Shown here: positions 1 to 12,348 of the stretch, in pieces
How positions within the stretch are numbered: position 1 is the stretch's first letter
Layout: every line of letters begins with the position of its first letter
DNA from: Tricharina praecox
Lineage: Eukaryota
DNA: 64,000 nt
Direction of reading: 5' to 3'
NCBI RefSeq assembly: GCF_024521635.1
Contig: NW_026250403.1
Location: 434,001 to 498,000 of the forward strand
The notes under the pieces: model-generated
What the model was told of the DNA's origin: nothing
Database searches by the model: none
Seen by the model: the letters and a program-made list of their open reading frames with translations, nothing else
Made by a program: the position numbers and the translations under genes

Positions 1-1651
1 CTCACCGACGCTGAGCTCTCGAAACAGGCACAGCTGCTGCTCATCAACTACCTCTACAAGGTTCCGGCATCCAGTCTCGCGACCGGTATTAGCGGAACGA
101 ACCTACTAGATCTTCTAAATCCCGCAATAAACAGCTTACCATATGTTTTCGTGCTGTGAGTTTCCTTTGCTCGCAAGAAAGTACCGGGATAGCTCTGACT
201 GGGCCTTCTAGAGCTGCGAAGCTTGATATGGGAGGCCGATCTGCGCTGGAAACAAACTGGGGCTATATCGTGGAGTTCCTCGCAGTTCATGATGGGAGGC
301 AGATGAAGCATACATCCAGGGAGTTCCGACGAGTGGTGGAGGTGTTTTGCAAATATGCGGCGGACATGGACAGAGTGCGTGCTTTGTTGCCGCCTTGGAC
401 TCACACTCGTACTGATGCTTTTATAGACCCTATTAGCCGTCAAGCCGCTGAAGAAAGCCCTCCTCCGATCGAACCCGTCGCAATTCTCCTTCATGCACCC
501 CATCTTCACCCGTCTTTGCTTGCAGGCCAAGTGCTACAGAGATGCTATTCCCGTCCTAGACATAGACGTTTTCGATTTCCCATCTTCGAAGGGCAGCCGG
601 GACGATAATGGAAAAGGTCCCGAAGTGAGCCACAGAGACGTGCTGGAATACTACTTGTATGGCGCCATGCTGTATATGGGTGTCAAGAGATGGAGGAGGG
701 CCATGGACTATCTCTGCCATGTACGATGCCCTCTAGCTGTGGTGGGTGACTCGGTGCTGATTATACTAGGCCATTGCTGCGCCCGGCAATGCTTGCTCTA
801 CTATCCAGGTGGAAGCTTACAAGAAGTTCATCTTGGTTGGACTGCTGCTAGATGGAAAAGTAATTTCCTCATAGTCCCTAGGAATCCTACCAGCTGACAA
901 GAGATCAGATTCCCCTAGCACCTAAGTCAACCACAGGCTCTACATTTCGCATCCTCAAGGCCCTAACGAAACCCTACGAAATTTTTGCCCTCGCCTTCAT
1001 ATCTGGGGAAGCCGGCCAGTTCCGCCAGGAGATTGAATCGACGGCGGACTACTTCAGCAACGATGGAAACGCAGGATTGGCGTCACAGTGCATAGAAGCG
1101 TTCCGGCGGATGCAGATCGTCGCACTAAGGGACACCTATGTCACCCTCGGAGTCTCCGAAATCGCACAGAAGAAGCTCGACGTGACAGGACGAGGTGGTG
1201 ATGTCGGAGGAGACGAGGAGACCGAGCGAATAATCCTGGGAATGGTCAATCCCAGTTACTCCCAGCTATAAGAAACCCCAGCTGACCCGTACTCCAGATT
1301 GAACGAGACGAGATCTGTGCCACACTCTTGCAATCAGGAGCAGATGCGTCGGCGTCTCAAACTACCGTTCACTTTGACAGCATCCCCGTCGAAGAAGATC
1401 GCAACCTCGCCGCCCTGGAGGAACAAATTGCCAGAATCGTAACTCTCAACAAACAAGTGAAGCAGATGGACAGAAAGCTTGGTCTCTCCAAGGAGTACAT
1501 ACAGTTCATTTCCAAGCAGAACAAAGGTTCTAGTGGTGGTAATGCCACTCAGATGTCCATGGATTCGGAAATAATGGAAATGGACTATGTCGCGTCGTGG
1601 GGTGACGAGGATATGGAGGAGACCATGCACGACTTTGACGATAACCTGTAG
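1..1651 (+). CDS. CSN3: COP9 signalosome subunit 3 (5'-partial, at least 6 exons)
   Basis: Spliced translation gives HPIFTRLCLQAKCY...DVLEYYLYGAMLYMGVKRW...AYKKFILVGLLLDGK, a PCI-type helical region and a C-terminal coiled coil; GT-AG introns with CTGAC/CTGAT branch points; stop TAG at 1649-1651. Confidence 0.85.
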
Positions 1652-1890
1652 ACATCAAGTATGGCGTGGATAATTACTGCTTTACAACAAGGAGTTTCTA
1701 CTTCGGGTTTCTACAAGTTACATAGTGGTTTTCTTTCCGTTTCTACTCTTTTCTTTTTGCTGCTGGGAAGCTTCAGAGCTTTTGATGTTTTTTTTTTAAC
1801 AATAGCGAGTGACATTTCATGATACATTGACTGGCCCCGTGTCGCATCCCCGTGTCGCGAGCCCCTTGTCAAAATCACTACTCTTCAACA

Positions 1891-3568
1891 ATGATGTCCA
1901 CAAAGCCACCACCACCGCTACCATCACCGTCAACGCCACCGCAGAAATCCCTCCTTTCCCGCTCCGCCGAAGGCGCCAAATTCCTAATCCTATTACAAGT
2001 CTCCTCGCGCCTCCTCACCTTCGGTGTGAACCAGCTCCTCCTACGCTACCTCTCCCCGTCGCTCCTAGGAATCTCGGTACAACTCGAGCTCCTCACCATC
2101 AGCATCCTCTACTTCTCTCGGGAGTCTCTAAGGAATGCGCTACAACGGCAGTCGGGCGGCTCGGGGAAGAGTGTACAGGCGGTGATCAATATCGCGCTCT
2201 TAACGCTGCCTCTGGGCGTGCTCTTCTCTGCGCTGCTAGGCAGTGGCTACATCCTACGTGCCGGCGAGGCCGGGAGCGTCCGCTACTGGCGCGAAAGCGT
2301 GCTGCTGTATGTCCTCGCTACACTGCTGGAGCTCGCCGCAGAACCGGCGTTTGCGGTTGCCCAGATGAATCTGTGGTATAAGCTCCGTGCGGCGGCGGAG
2401 AGTGCGGCGGCCGCGGCGAGGTGTGCTGTTACATGTGGTGTGACAATTTGGGGGGTGAATACGGGGAGGGAATTGGGCGCATTGCCGTTTGCTATGGGTC
2501 AATTGGCGTATGGAGGAGTGTTGCTGGCGGTTTACATGCAGCGCATGTGGAGGGAGGGGGTGACGGTGGGGTTGGAGAGGATTGATGATTCTGGGAAGAA
2601 GGAGGAGTAGGTTGTCTGCTTCCTAGTACACAGGATATCACTGACGATATTACAGAAATGACCGCGAGACCTACCACCTCCACCTCTTCTCCGCCCCCAT
2701 CTCCTCCCTAGCCGGCACGATGTGGCTTCAATGCGCCATCAAGCACGTTCTGACGCAAGGCGACAGCCTGCTGATAACGTATCTCGCCTCACTACCCGCA
2801 CAAGGCTCCTACGCGCTTGCCAGTAACTACGGCAGCCTGATAGCACGGATGCTATTCCAGCCGCTCGAGGAGACCAGCCGTACCCTCTTCAGCGGACTCC
2901 TCCCGTCGAGCCCTCCTCCCACGCCTAAAAACACGACCCAGGCGCTCCACGTCCTCAAGACGATATCAAAACTCTACCTCCTCCTCAGCCTGTTCTTCTG
3001 TGCCCTCGGCGCCCCATTCGCGCCAATCCTCCTCCGCCTCGTCGCCGGCCGGCGCTGGAGCGATTCCGCCGCAGGCGAAACCCTTACCGCATACTGCTAC
3101 TACATACCGCTCCTGGCTATCAACGGCGTCAGCGAAGCATTCGTGCAAGCCGTTGCGACGCCGAGCCAGTTGCACTCGCAATCACTCGCCATGATCGGGT
3201 TCTCGGTGTGCTTTGCCACCTCGGGCTACATCTTCGTGCACACACTCGCCCTGGGCGCGGAGGGACTGGTGTGGGCGAATGTCGCGAATATGCTCCTCAG
3301 AATCACGTGGAGCTCGAGGTTTATTGCGAGCTACTTTGGGCAGCGGGGTGTGCGCGTGGCGTGGACGGCGGTATTGCCGGGTGCGGCGGTGGTGGCTACC
3401 GCGGTCGCCGTGGGTGCTGCGGTGAGGGGCGCGGTGGTGGAGGAGTTTGGGCTACTGAGGCAAGGGGCTTGGGCGGTGGGTGCGGGAGTGGTGCTGCTGG
3501 GCGCGGTTGTGGGTGCTGAGAGACGGTTTTTGACCGAGTGTTGGGGGACGGTTAGAGCCGGGCGGTAG
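1891..3568 (+). CDS. RFT1: Rft1 oligosaccharide (Man5GlcNAc2-PP-dolichol) translocation protein
   Basis: GAKFLILLQVSSRLLTFGVNQ, SILYFSRESLR, KHVLTQGD, YALASNYGSLIARMLFQPLEE, YIPLLAINGVSEAF motifs; one intron 2607-2655. Confidence 0.93.
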
Positions 3569-4396
3569 TTGGCCATGTCACATGGCGGAACGTTTTTCCG
3601 AGGCTGGGGTATCCCTCTGCATGGTACTTTAGATTATAGAAACAGAAGATGATTTTTTGATTGCTCGGCATAGAAAGATAGAATAAAGTGCTATCCGACT
3701 AATTAATCTCCCTCAAGAAGTTAAGGCCACAAGTACCGGTAGCCGTAGGTATCAATTCCATAACGGGTAGACCAGCGTGGTGAAATCATAAGCAAGCAAG
3801 AGCGAATGTCTCCAAGACATTCATTGGACCCCGAGGGATAAATCGATGATCGATCGAACCGTCTCACAGGATTAGGTTTCGACGACAAAAAGGTTCCGGT
3901 TCGAGGTCGTCGGGAACGAAACGGACGTGCGAACGGAACTACCACCAGATAAACATACCAAATTCCCCATGAGACAAAAGACAACAGCAATCGTGGAGGC
4001 TAAGAGATACTGATAGCAATGCAATCAAACAGACACAAAGCAAACTGCATCATCGGTGATCCGTATCTCTCAGCCCATCGAACAGTACACAACTCGCAAA
4101 CACAACACACACCATACCTGAGCACACACATGAGACAAAGAAATGAAAGTTCAAAAAACAAGAATGCTCTCCGTGCAAAGTAATTTTTTCGGTAGGAGAA
4201 CGAACTCAGATGTGAAGAAAGTGAACTACTATGTAGGAGCCCACCCTGTAGAAGGGGCTAAAACACGTCGCCGAGGCGGCAGACTGTAATGAAAGCGAAA
4301 TTGATCCGACCGAAACTTTTTCCATCCAAACGAGTCACAGGAAACTTCTGCCGCATTCATACAACCGCACTAACGCCGTGTTTTCTTGTGAGTGAT

Positions 4397-5605
4397 CTAG
4401 TCTGCGAGGTCCGCAGTATCCAAGTCATCCTCATGGTGGGGAGGAGGAGGGGAGTCTAGCATCACATGTTAGGACCGTGTTCTTTACTCCTAGATAAATG
4501 GACGGCATAGAAGACATACCCTTGCGCATCTCACGATCTTCTCCGTTAGCAGGAAGAGGGCTACGGCTCCTGTCCCTGTCAACAGACCTGTCACGGCGGA
4601 CACCACGGTCGAGATCATCGTCCTTGCGGGCGACCGGGCTTCTAGAACGGTCGCGGCTGTCACGACGATCAACCGACCTCCGGCGAGGCGACTCGCGACC
4701 TCCGCGCGAGCGAGACCGGCCACGACGAGGGGGAGAACCAGCACGGCTACGACGAGGGGGCTCGCGACCGCCGTCGAACCTCCAGCTAGCAGATGGGGGG
4801 GTACGGGCCCACTACATGAAAGTTAGCAAACTAGCTCAGACACCAACAAGGCAAAGCTTCGAATGAAGCTTGATTGTAGACTTACTTCGATCTTCAAGTA
4901 GTCATCACGACCGATGCGACGACCGTGCATCTCATAGTAAGCATCATCAGCATCGCGACGAGATTCATACTCCACAAACGCAAATCTATTTTGCCAGCAG
5001 GTCGAACGGAATAAGCTGAATCCTTATACAACGATGGGTCCTCGGAAGGAGGAGGAGAGGAGGAGAGAGGGGTTATCTAGAGACTCACAAGCGAGATGAG
5101 GCAGTCCTCGGCGCTGGGATATCGCAGCGGACAAGACGGCCATACCTGTTGACTCCGAAAAGCGCGTCGGCCACACGTTAGACTGGATAAACGAAAGATA
5201 TTGTGGCGTAACGGAACGAAGGATGCACGGTCGCCGGCGACGCGAGATGGACGGAAGACGACGGCGAGAACGAACGAACGCGAACGTGGCAGGCGAAGTT
5301 AGAGGGGAGGAAGGGGAATAATTGATCGATCTTTTTCTTTCTTTCTCTCTTTCTGTCGTACGCACGCGAGGGGAGAGCGTGTTGATAACGGATGATCGCT
5401 TCGACGAACGTCGGGGGGGTATAGGATTCATCGCGAGCGAGCTGTGTGCGAGGGTAGGTAGGCTGTGGGAGGAGGAATCGAACGATCGTAAGGGGAGGAG
5501 GATGGTTGGTATTCAGTACCTCTCGAACTCGTAGGCAAGGTCGCGAGCACGGGTTCCGTGAGAAAAGCCCGTGACGTAGAGAGTGGTGCCTCCGCGGGAA
5601 GACAT
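4397..5605 (-). CDS. SR-family pre-mRNA splicing factor (single RRM plus RS domain, Srp1-like)
   Basis: Spliced: [93 protein letters not shown] followed by an RS/RD-rich tail; 4 introns, the first 374 nt (5519-5146). Confidence 0.9.
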
Positions 5606-6144
5606 GCTGGTGTTGCTGATGATTGTTGTCGCGATGTAGTGGTGGTATTAAGGAAGGGGAGGCGTTGGTGTGTTAGAGCTGAGGTTGTGGTTGAAGAAAG
5701 AAGTTTGTCAGGTGAAAGGATTTGGGGGTTGGAATGAGATGGTTGGAGTGATTTGGGGCGATGAGAAGAAATGCTCTGGAATGAACGGCGCCAAGCTTTA
5801 AATTGACGGGGAGGGTTCTGCCGAGACATCCACGATCGGAACAGGTATTTCTTCCGAATTTAGCATCAGAATTGCCCGGAGAGGCAATATATGACCGGCC
5901 ACGGATGCACGTTCATGAAGCTTCGCCAGCCTTCCTTCTTTTGTCCCAATATTCAAAGCATTCCCACCTATCATAACTCGGGCCACGTTGCAAAGAAGTT
6001 ATCATGCACTTGGAAAAAATGACATTTGATGATGATTTGCAGTTCATTGAAGTCCCAAACCCTTTCGCCTAGAGAACGCAAACCCAGATGTCGAACAGAA
6101 GACATTACGACTACCGAAGCTTAACTCGGCCTTGATCGTGAAAC

Positions 6145-8260
6145 CTAACCGGAAGTTCCCTTCTGAGCCTCCTCGCCAGCCTCGTCCTCCGCGTGCAATC
6201 CACGGATAGCTGGGCCCATCACACACTTTCCGGTTAAGCCGTCGAAGCGGGATCCATGGATTGGGCAGTCCCAACTCATCTCGCTCGCATTCCAGGCAAC
6301 AACTCCCTTCATATGTGGACAGATAGCACTAAAGGTGGAAACTTTACCGTCACCCTATCATTCCTTCAGTTTAGTTCCTCTTCCGTTTACGTGTTTGCGG
6401 GGATAAGCATAACTTACGTCTTTGTAAACTGCGACAGGCTTTCCAAGTTTTTTGAGTCCGCCATGCATGACAGCACCAGAGCAGCGTGGGATGCTCTCGA
6501 TATCAGAAACATCGGTCTTTAGGAACCGCATGTATTGGAGGTTCTGGTCGACGTTCTCCCTGATATCCTCGGGAATTGTGCGAGGCTTTGGCTTGCGTGA
6601 GGGACTGTACAAGCTCGCCCAAGGGTTCTCGACGCCAATCATCAGGTCAGTCAACAGACGGCCAGCGATTACGCCGTGTGTGAGACCATTGCCAGAATCT
6701 CCAGTGCAGATGTACACGTTGTTCTCGCTCATTCCTGCGTTTTTACCAATAAAGGCCATGTAATCGTTCGGCTCGACGATCTGACCAGACCAGCGGAACT
6801 AGAAAACTTCATCAGGACAGGCCACGCTTTTATGGAAATGGGAGATAATCACCTCAGTCTCTTCCACGAAAGGGTAGTGTTCCCGAGTCCAGGCCTCGAG
6901 ACGCTGGTAGTGCTTTCCGTACCCCTCCTGTGTCTCCTGTCCCACCTTGTGATCCTCTCCACCAATAACGAGGTATTCGAAGTTAGGATCCGGATGAGCC
7001 GTTTTGCGAACGTAGATGTATGGATCACCGTTGTCATAGAGAAGCTGGTCCGGGAAAGCCCCCTTGGGAGCACGCATGGCGATGCAGTAGGTGCGGTAGT
7101 AGGCTTCCTTTACCACGACAGCGACTTTTTCTGATGGGATGTTAGAATGAGTGACAACCTATGAAGGTGTTACTTACGAAGAGGGACATTCGTGGTCATC
7201 ACCATGTGCTTTCCCTGGAGTGTCTGGCCACCTTCAGTGCTGACGGTCACACCGGCACTGCTACCATGGTCCTTGTGAGATACATAACGCGTGTGGGTGT
7301 AGGCCTGGAACTTGTCGGCATGCTTCTCCTTGAGGACCTTGAGGAGCCCATTGAGGTATCTGAACAAGCCCGCAACGTTAGCACGGCGATTCCAAAACTC
7401 GAAACGTTTGCAAAAGTACTTCGTTGGATGGAAAACACCCTGTTGCTCGTACTCCAACACCGCACCAGTATAGGCCTTTCCGATACTTCCGTTAGGATAG
7501 AACTTGTGTGGGATTCCCAGCCTCTTCAACGCATCGACTTCGTCTGGAAGATTGTTCTTCTTGTTGTACGTGGGATCGGTGTCTGGAACTTCGACCATCA
7601 TGATGCCCGGTAGGTTACGGTATTCGCAATCGATCCCTTCATTCATGGAGATGGTACCGACTCGTTCCAGAGCCCATTGGTGGCTCTCGTACGCATACTT
7701 CGCGCCCTGCTCGCCGAAGGCTACAAAAAAACATAAGTGCGGGTCCAATTGCAAAACATCTGATAGAAGATGGGTACCATACTATTGATCAACTCGTAGT
7801 AGTGATCGTCCAGCGAACTCGCAAGATGTCCACTAGTCCTTCCCGTCTCACCCGACAATGCCTCTCTGGCCTCAATCAACGCAACGCTCAATCCCTTCTG
7901 CACACACTCGTAGGCAACCGAGATACCCGCGATGCCGCCGCCAACGATCACAACATCTACTTGGACATCTCGGCTCAGCTTGGGGAAATCGGGACGGTTG
8001 GAGTACGGTTCCGTCGAGATCCACACTGGCTGCTTGTAGCCCGAGGTGCGGTTCATGCCGAAGTCTTCGGCAGTGGAGTGTTCCATTGCCGGCGAGATTG
8101 TGGAAGAAGCCATCTGTGCGAGTCCTCGACGGTGGATATCTGTGTATACGATCGGTAGAGTGGGTTTGGAGAACTGTGAAATTATCGGTCTGGGTCGAAT
8201 GGTTCTTGAGAACTGTGAGAGCCTGCGAAGGGTGGTGGAGGCGGTGGTGGGGGAGAACAT
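6145..8260 (-). CDS. FAD-dependent oxidoreductase (DAO family) with C-terminal Rieske [2Fe-2S] domain, YhfW-like architecture
   Basis: Rossmann motif DVVIVGGGIAG, GETGRTSGHL, TGDSGNGLTHG; last exon encodes Rieske ligands SAICPHMKG...WDCPIHGSRF; 5 GT-AG introns; Arg/Ser-rich N-terminus. Confidence 0.88.
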
Positions 8261-8771
8261 GATTTGTAGTAGAGGGAATTACAGTCTCACAGAACGAAGA
8301 GCGGGTCTAAAATACGGCGCAGCGACTGGGCCAATTGGCAAAAAGTATATCATCATCAACTCGTGTTTGTGGGCATCGCGAGCGGTCCGCGGCGGTGATA
8401 CAACCATGACGTCGTTGTTGACGGACGATTTGTCCGTGAGGTACTAATACCTTCCGACAAAGAGCCACGCTGACGATCTTCACCTGAACTGCGGTACAAG
8501 AAGCCGCAGAGATCCGCGGCTTTAAGATGTCCAAGATTGCTTGACACAACGACAGAAGAGTCTCGATCGCATCTCCAGATGTGTCTACGCGAGTGACATC
8601 AAACGGCATTGTAGTGCGATGTTTTAGAGGGTAACACAGGTCTAACCGGCAAATCATGACGTAGGATCCCTGACCTTTCAATTTCAACGACAGCTCTCCA
8701 CGCCTCGAGTATCATCCCAGATAGATCGATACCCTCCGCACTCCCCCAGATCTAAGAGTAACAGCCACGAT

Positions 8772-9407
8772 ATGGGGGGAAAGTCGTCCAAGATTGCTGG
8801 CGCCGCTGGCTCAACCGTCGTCCGGAAGTACCCCACACGGACACCGACGCAATTCCCCTCATCTCAAACCACCAATGCCTCCGGCCCCTCGGGCTCCGAA
8901 TCGATATCACCGGAGACAACCGCACGCTCCGAGGCCCAGGCCGAGTTCTCGAAGACCGAAGGTATCATCCATCGCGTCGCGCAATCGAAGAAGCACCAGC
9001 TGACCATTGCAGCCATAAAACAAGATGCCGCAGATCCGGACTTTGCCAGCATGTTGAGGAGCGTGGGCGTAGCCCAGATTCCTGATGCTGCCAGGAACTA
9101 TGATCTCGCTGGCGTGGTACGGGTTCACAACGCTCCATAGTGATCCGGCGGTAATTGCTGATCAGAATGACAGGAGAATCCACAATTACGAACACTCACC
9201 CGTCGGCAGGCGCTTGAAGACGAGCAGTTGGAGGAGGCTAATAACCCGGCAACGAGGATGAAGCGCTCATGGATCGATGCTCCGACACTTCGCGAGGTCT
9301 TGAAAATGAGGGATGACCAAAAGTGGTCGGCTGAAAAGATCGAGAAGGAAATGGGATTGGCGAGTGGAGTGATGGCCAGGTTAGGGAAACGGGTCAAAGG
9401 CTTTTAG
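8772..9407 (+). CDS. Small conserved fungal hypothetical protein with a putative C-terminal helix-turn-helix
   Basis: MGGKSSK...RKYPTR N-terminus, DAADPDFASMLRSVG, last exon WIDAPTLREVLKMRDDQKWSAEKIEKEMGLASGVMARLG; two GT-AG introns. Confidence 0.7.
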
Positions 9408-9548
9408 ATTGGAGGCGTAATTGTTCGTGTATAACAAGCACTTCACATGGGAAAACCGTACTATAGGCATTCGCGACCCTCTCTCACTAGATTACCATAT
9501 ATTCACTCAACATCAATTGTCGTCTTCCGCCTCTGTTATGAGTAGCTC

Positions 9549-10637
9549 TCAAATAAACCAATCCCATACAAAAACGACTCCACAAAACACCACAGTGCCG
9601 AAGAAAGCCGACCGGGCCATCGAGGTTTTTTCGGCGGCTTTCTTGAGTTCCTTATTTCCTCGATTTACGTCCTCGGCAGTCTGCATGGAATCCATCAGGA
9701 GATTATCGATGTGGCTGTTCTGCGTCGCGAGATTTGTGGCAAGTTGTGTTTGCAGGGAGGATATCTCGAGGAGGGAGTTCTCGGCGGTGCTGTAGGAGTG
9801 AAGATCAGTTTCGCTGTGCTTGAGAAGGGGAGAAAGAGTTGACCGCTGGGGACTCACCGGACTTGCTCAAGGGTGTCTTCATAGTGTTTCAACATCCCCT
9901 CGTTCTCCTTCTCGAAGATCCGAAGTTGATCGGGACTCAATTCCTCGACAGCCCTCCTAGTCTCCTCCTCTTCCTCCTGCATGACTACACTCCTACTGGC
10001 CGGCGGCACTCCGCCGGCGGACACAGGTGCCTTGTGCAGCAGACTTTTCCCGCGCTCAATCTGCCTCTGCAGCCTAATCTCTTGCCGTTCCCTTTGCTCC
10101 TCACTCGCCTTCTCGAGCCGATTCTTCAAGAACCATATCACGCCCTCTCTATGCGCGGTAACTACACGCATCCCAGCCTCCTCCCTCTCCTTCTTGCTCT
10201 CGTCCTCGAACAGGCTTTTCAGCGTCGAGTGTCGCTGCCGGAACAATCGTGTCTCGGTTTGCACCCGGACCTTTTCCGCAGACTCCAGTCGACCGATGAG
10301 TGCCAGCGTCGACCGGATTATCGTCTTGGTCTCTGCGTCGAGCCCATCGCGATGGGCGTCGGTCAAGTGATTACTGCTCGGCGAACGCGCGGTAGAGAGG
10401 TACGATTGCCGGGTTGTTTGTAGGTGCGATAGGAGCGAGGAGATATGTGTTGCCTATGAAGCTCGCCCCATGTTAGCTGTTTCCCTCTCGTCCGTCGCAG
10501 TGCCTGGGCGGGCTAACTATTCGGTAGGCTTCTTTGAGGAATTCGTCGGCCGGTGGGGGCGGTGAGCGCTTTGGTGGTATTGCCGGTGCATGTTTTTGTG
10601 TCAGAAGCGTGGAGAAGAGGGGCGTTATGTCGGTCAT
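9549..10637 (-). CDS. UFE1: ER Qa-SNARE syntaxin (Ufe1/syntaxin-18 family)
   Basis: N-terminus MTDITPLF...DEFLKEAYRI, SNARE helix ENSLLEISSLQTQLATNLATQNSHID...GNKELKKA, C-terminal TM ending WDWFI; 2 introns. Confidence 0.88.
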
Positions 10638-12348
10638 CTTTTTTTTCGTGGTTGAGCTGGTGGGCTGGGAGACGCGAAGATGATAGCTGTCGTCAGGATG
10701 GAAGCTATTCCTTGAAAAGCCGCAGGTGCTTGGCGCCACTGATCTCGACCCACGTCAATGTCGAATTGGCCATACTCTAGAACATGATCAGTGAGTCGTA
10801 TTGTCATGACGAAGACGGTGAGTTAATAAATCAGCTCTATATAAAGCATCTCTGGTTTGTTTCATCGCAGTGCTTTTTTGGTTTAATCGTTAATTGCTTG
10901 CGAAAACCATTATTTTTCGATATCACGATACATCTGAACCGATAAAACGAGTGAGACCGTGTGAATCAGAATTACCACGAATCGTCCGTATCCAGGTAGA
11001 AGTACTCATAGAAGTGTACATACCTAGGCCAGACCGCCGGGGTAGCTGCAAAGGATTTCAATCGCTTGAAAGAAGAAGGGTTTTCTTAGATCGAGCACTT
11101 GTAGTCTTGTACATACAGGTCGAACTCAAGGCTTAAGCAGCATCAAGATTCAAGAATGTCATGTACACAATACCTAGATTCCGACGGGTGGTATCAACAA
11201 CAGAACTGTGTCCTCTCAGCATAAGTCTATAATAGAAGAGAGAGTGCGTGAAATTTGAATGTATTTTATGGTCGATGTCCGAGTGGGAGGGTAGTGTTAT
11301 AGCAGCTGCTGTCGAAACCTAAACAAGAACGACACGAATACTGACCAAATGAACCTTCCTTTTGACACTGCATGTTTATATATTTGTAGCAATTCGTCCT
11401 CTCCGATAGGGATCATCGTCACTATTTGCTCGAGCTAGCCAGCGGCTGAGTGTCTACCTTCGCGGTCAATGAGATTTCCTAGCCTGAACCGTGTAGGTAG
11501 GTAAGCAGGCCAGGCCAGGCCAAACACGACAAGTGCCCGTTCACACAATACCATTCGCAGCGATCAAAGATACAGGAGAAAAGTAGCCGGTTGTTGTGAA
11601 AGCATGGGTCTTCAGCGGGAGAGGAATTACGAATATGAAGTGCAAACTACCTAGGCATGATGAGAAAGTAGATGCATAGTCGGTTTTTGTCCCGCTGTAG
11701 GTACATACATACCTCAGCCCAACGTCTGCACAGGAAACCCTCGATCAGTGTTCAGACCCACGCTACATACCCGAACAGCTCCCAACCTGGTGTGTTCTTT
11801 CTAGCTACCGGTATTCGTCGAGATAGCCGAGAGTTTCAGCTCCAAGACTACACGGGAAGTACGCAGGATTCAAGCTTTCGGACCGTCTCAGTGCCGACCA
11901 CAGTACTGAACGCGTGTAGTTAACCTACATATCCGCGTACTGCCAATACTCTACGTCCTTTCCTAACCCTCTCTGTATCCACCGTACTTTACACTGCCAT
12001 TTCCCCCCTACGCTTCCCCCACTATTCAGTGTTCAATTCAAGAAGTTTACTGCTCACACGCCTGATCATTCGCTTAAATACCAACTAGGCCAATCGCGAA
12101 ATCCTCGTCGCGAACACGGTCCAGATACCCCGCGAGAGACGTGCCATGGATTCGGCGTTACGCCGGAGGAGGCCGTAGGGCTCCAGAGCATGTCAACAGC
12201 TGCCGTAGGCGGTGACCTCGGTCCGCAGGGATCCCACACCACTCTGTAAGCAGATGGCATCATACCCCTCATCCCCATCAACTCAATACTCCCGGCCTCA
12301 TCCTCTGCACTGTTCGCTCGGATACGCATCGAAACTTCAAAACTGAAG

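Noticed and set aside
2602-2610. Apparent premature TAG in RFT1
   Set aside because: The TAG lies inside a canonical intron (GTAGGT 2607 ... CAG 2655) whose removal restores the frame
10900-11220. Several donor/acceptor-like signals on the minus strand suggesting a small spliced gene
   Set aside because: Trial splicing gave only a short, unrecognisable peptide ending in a stop; no support without transcript data
11961-11972. CTAACCCT resembling a telomerase RNA template
   Set aside because: The template is incomplete (no TAACCCTAA) and no supporting pseudoknot or CR4/5-like element was seen
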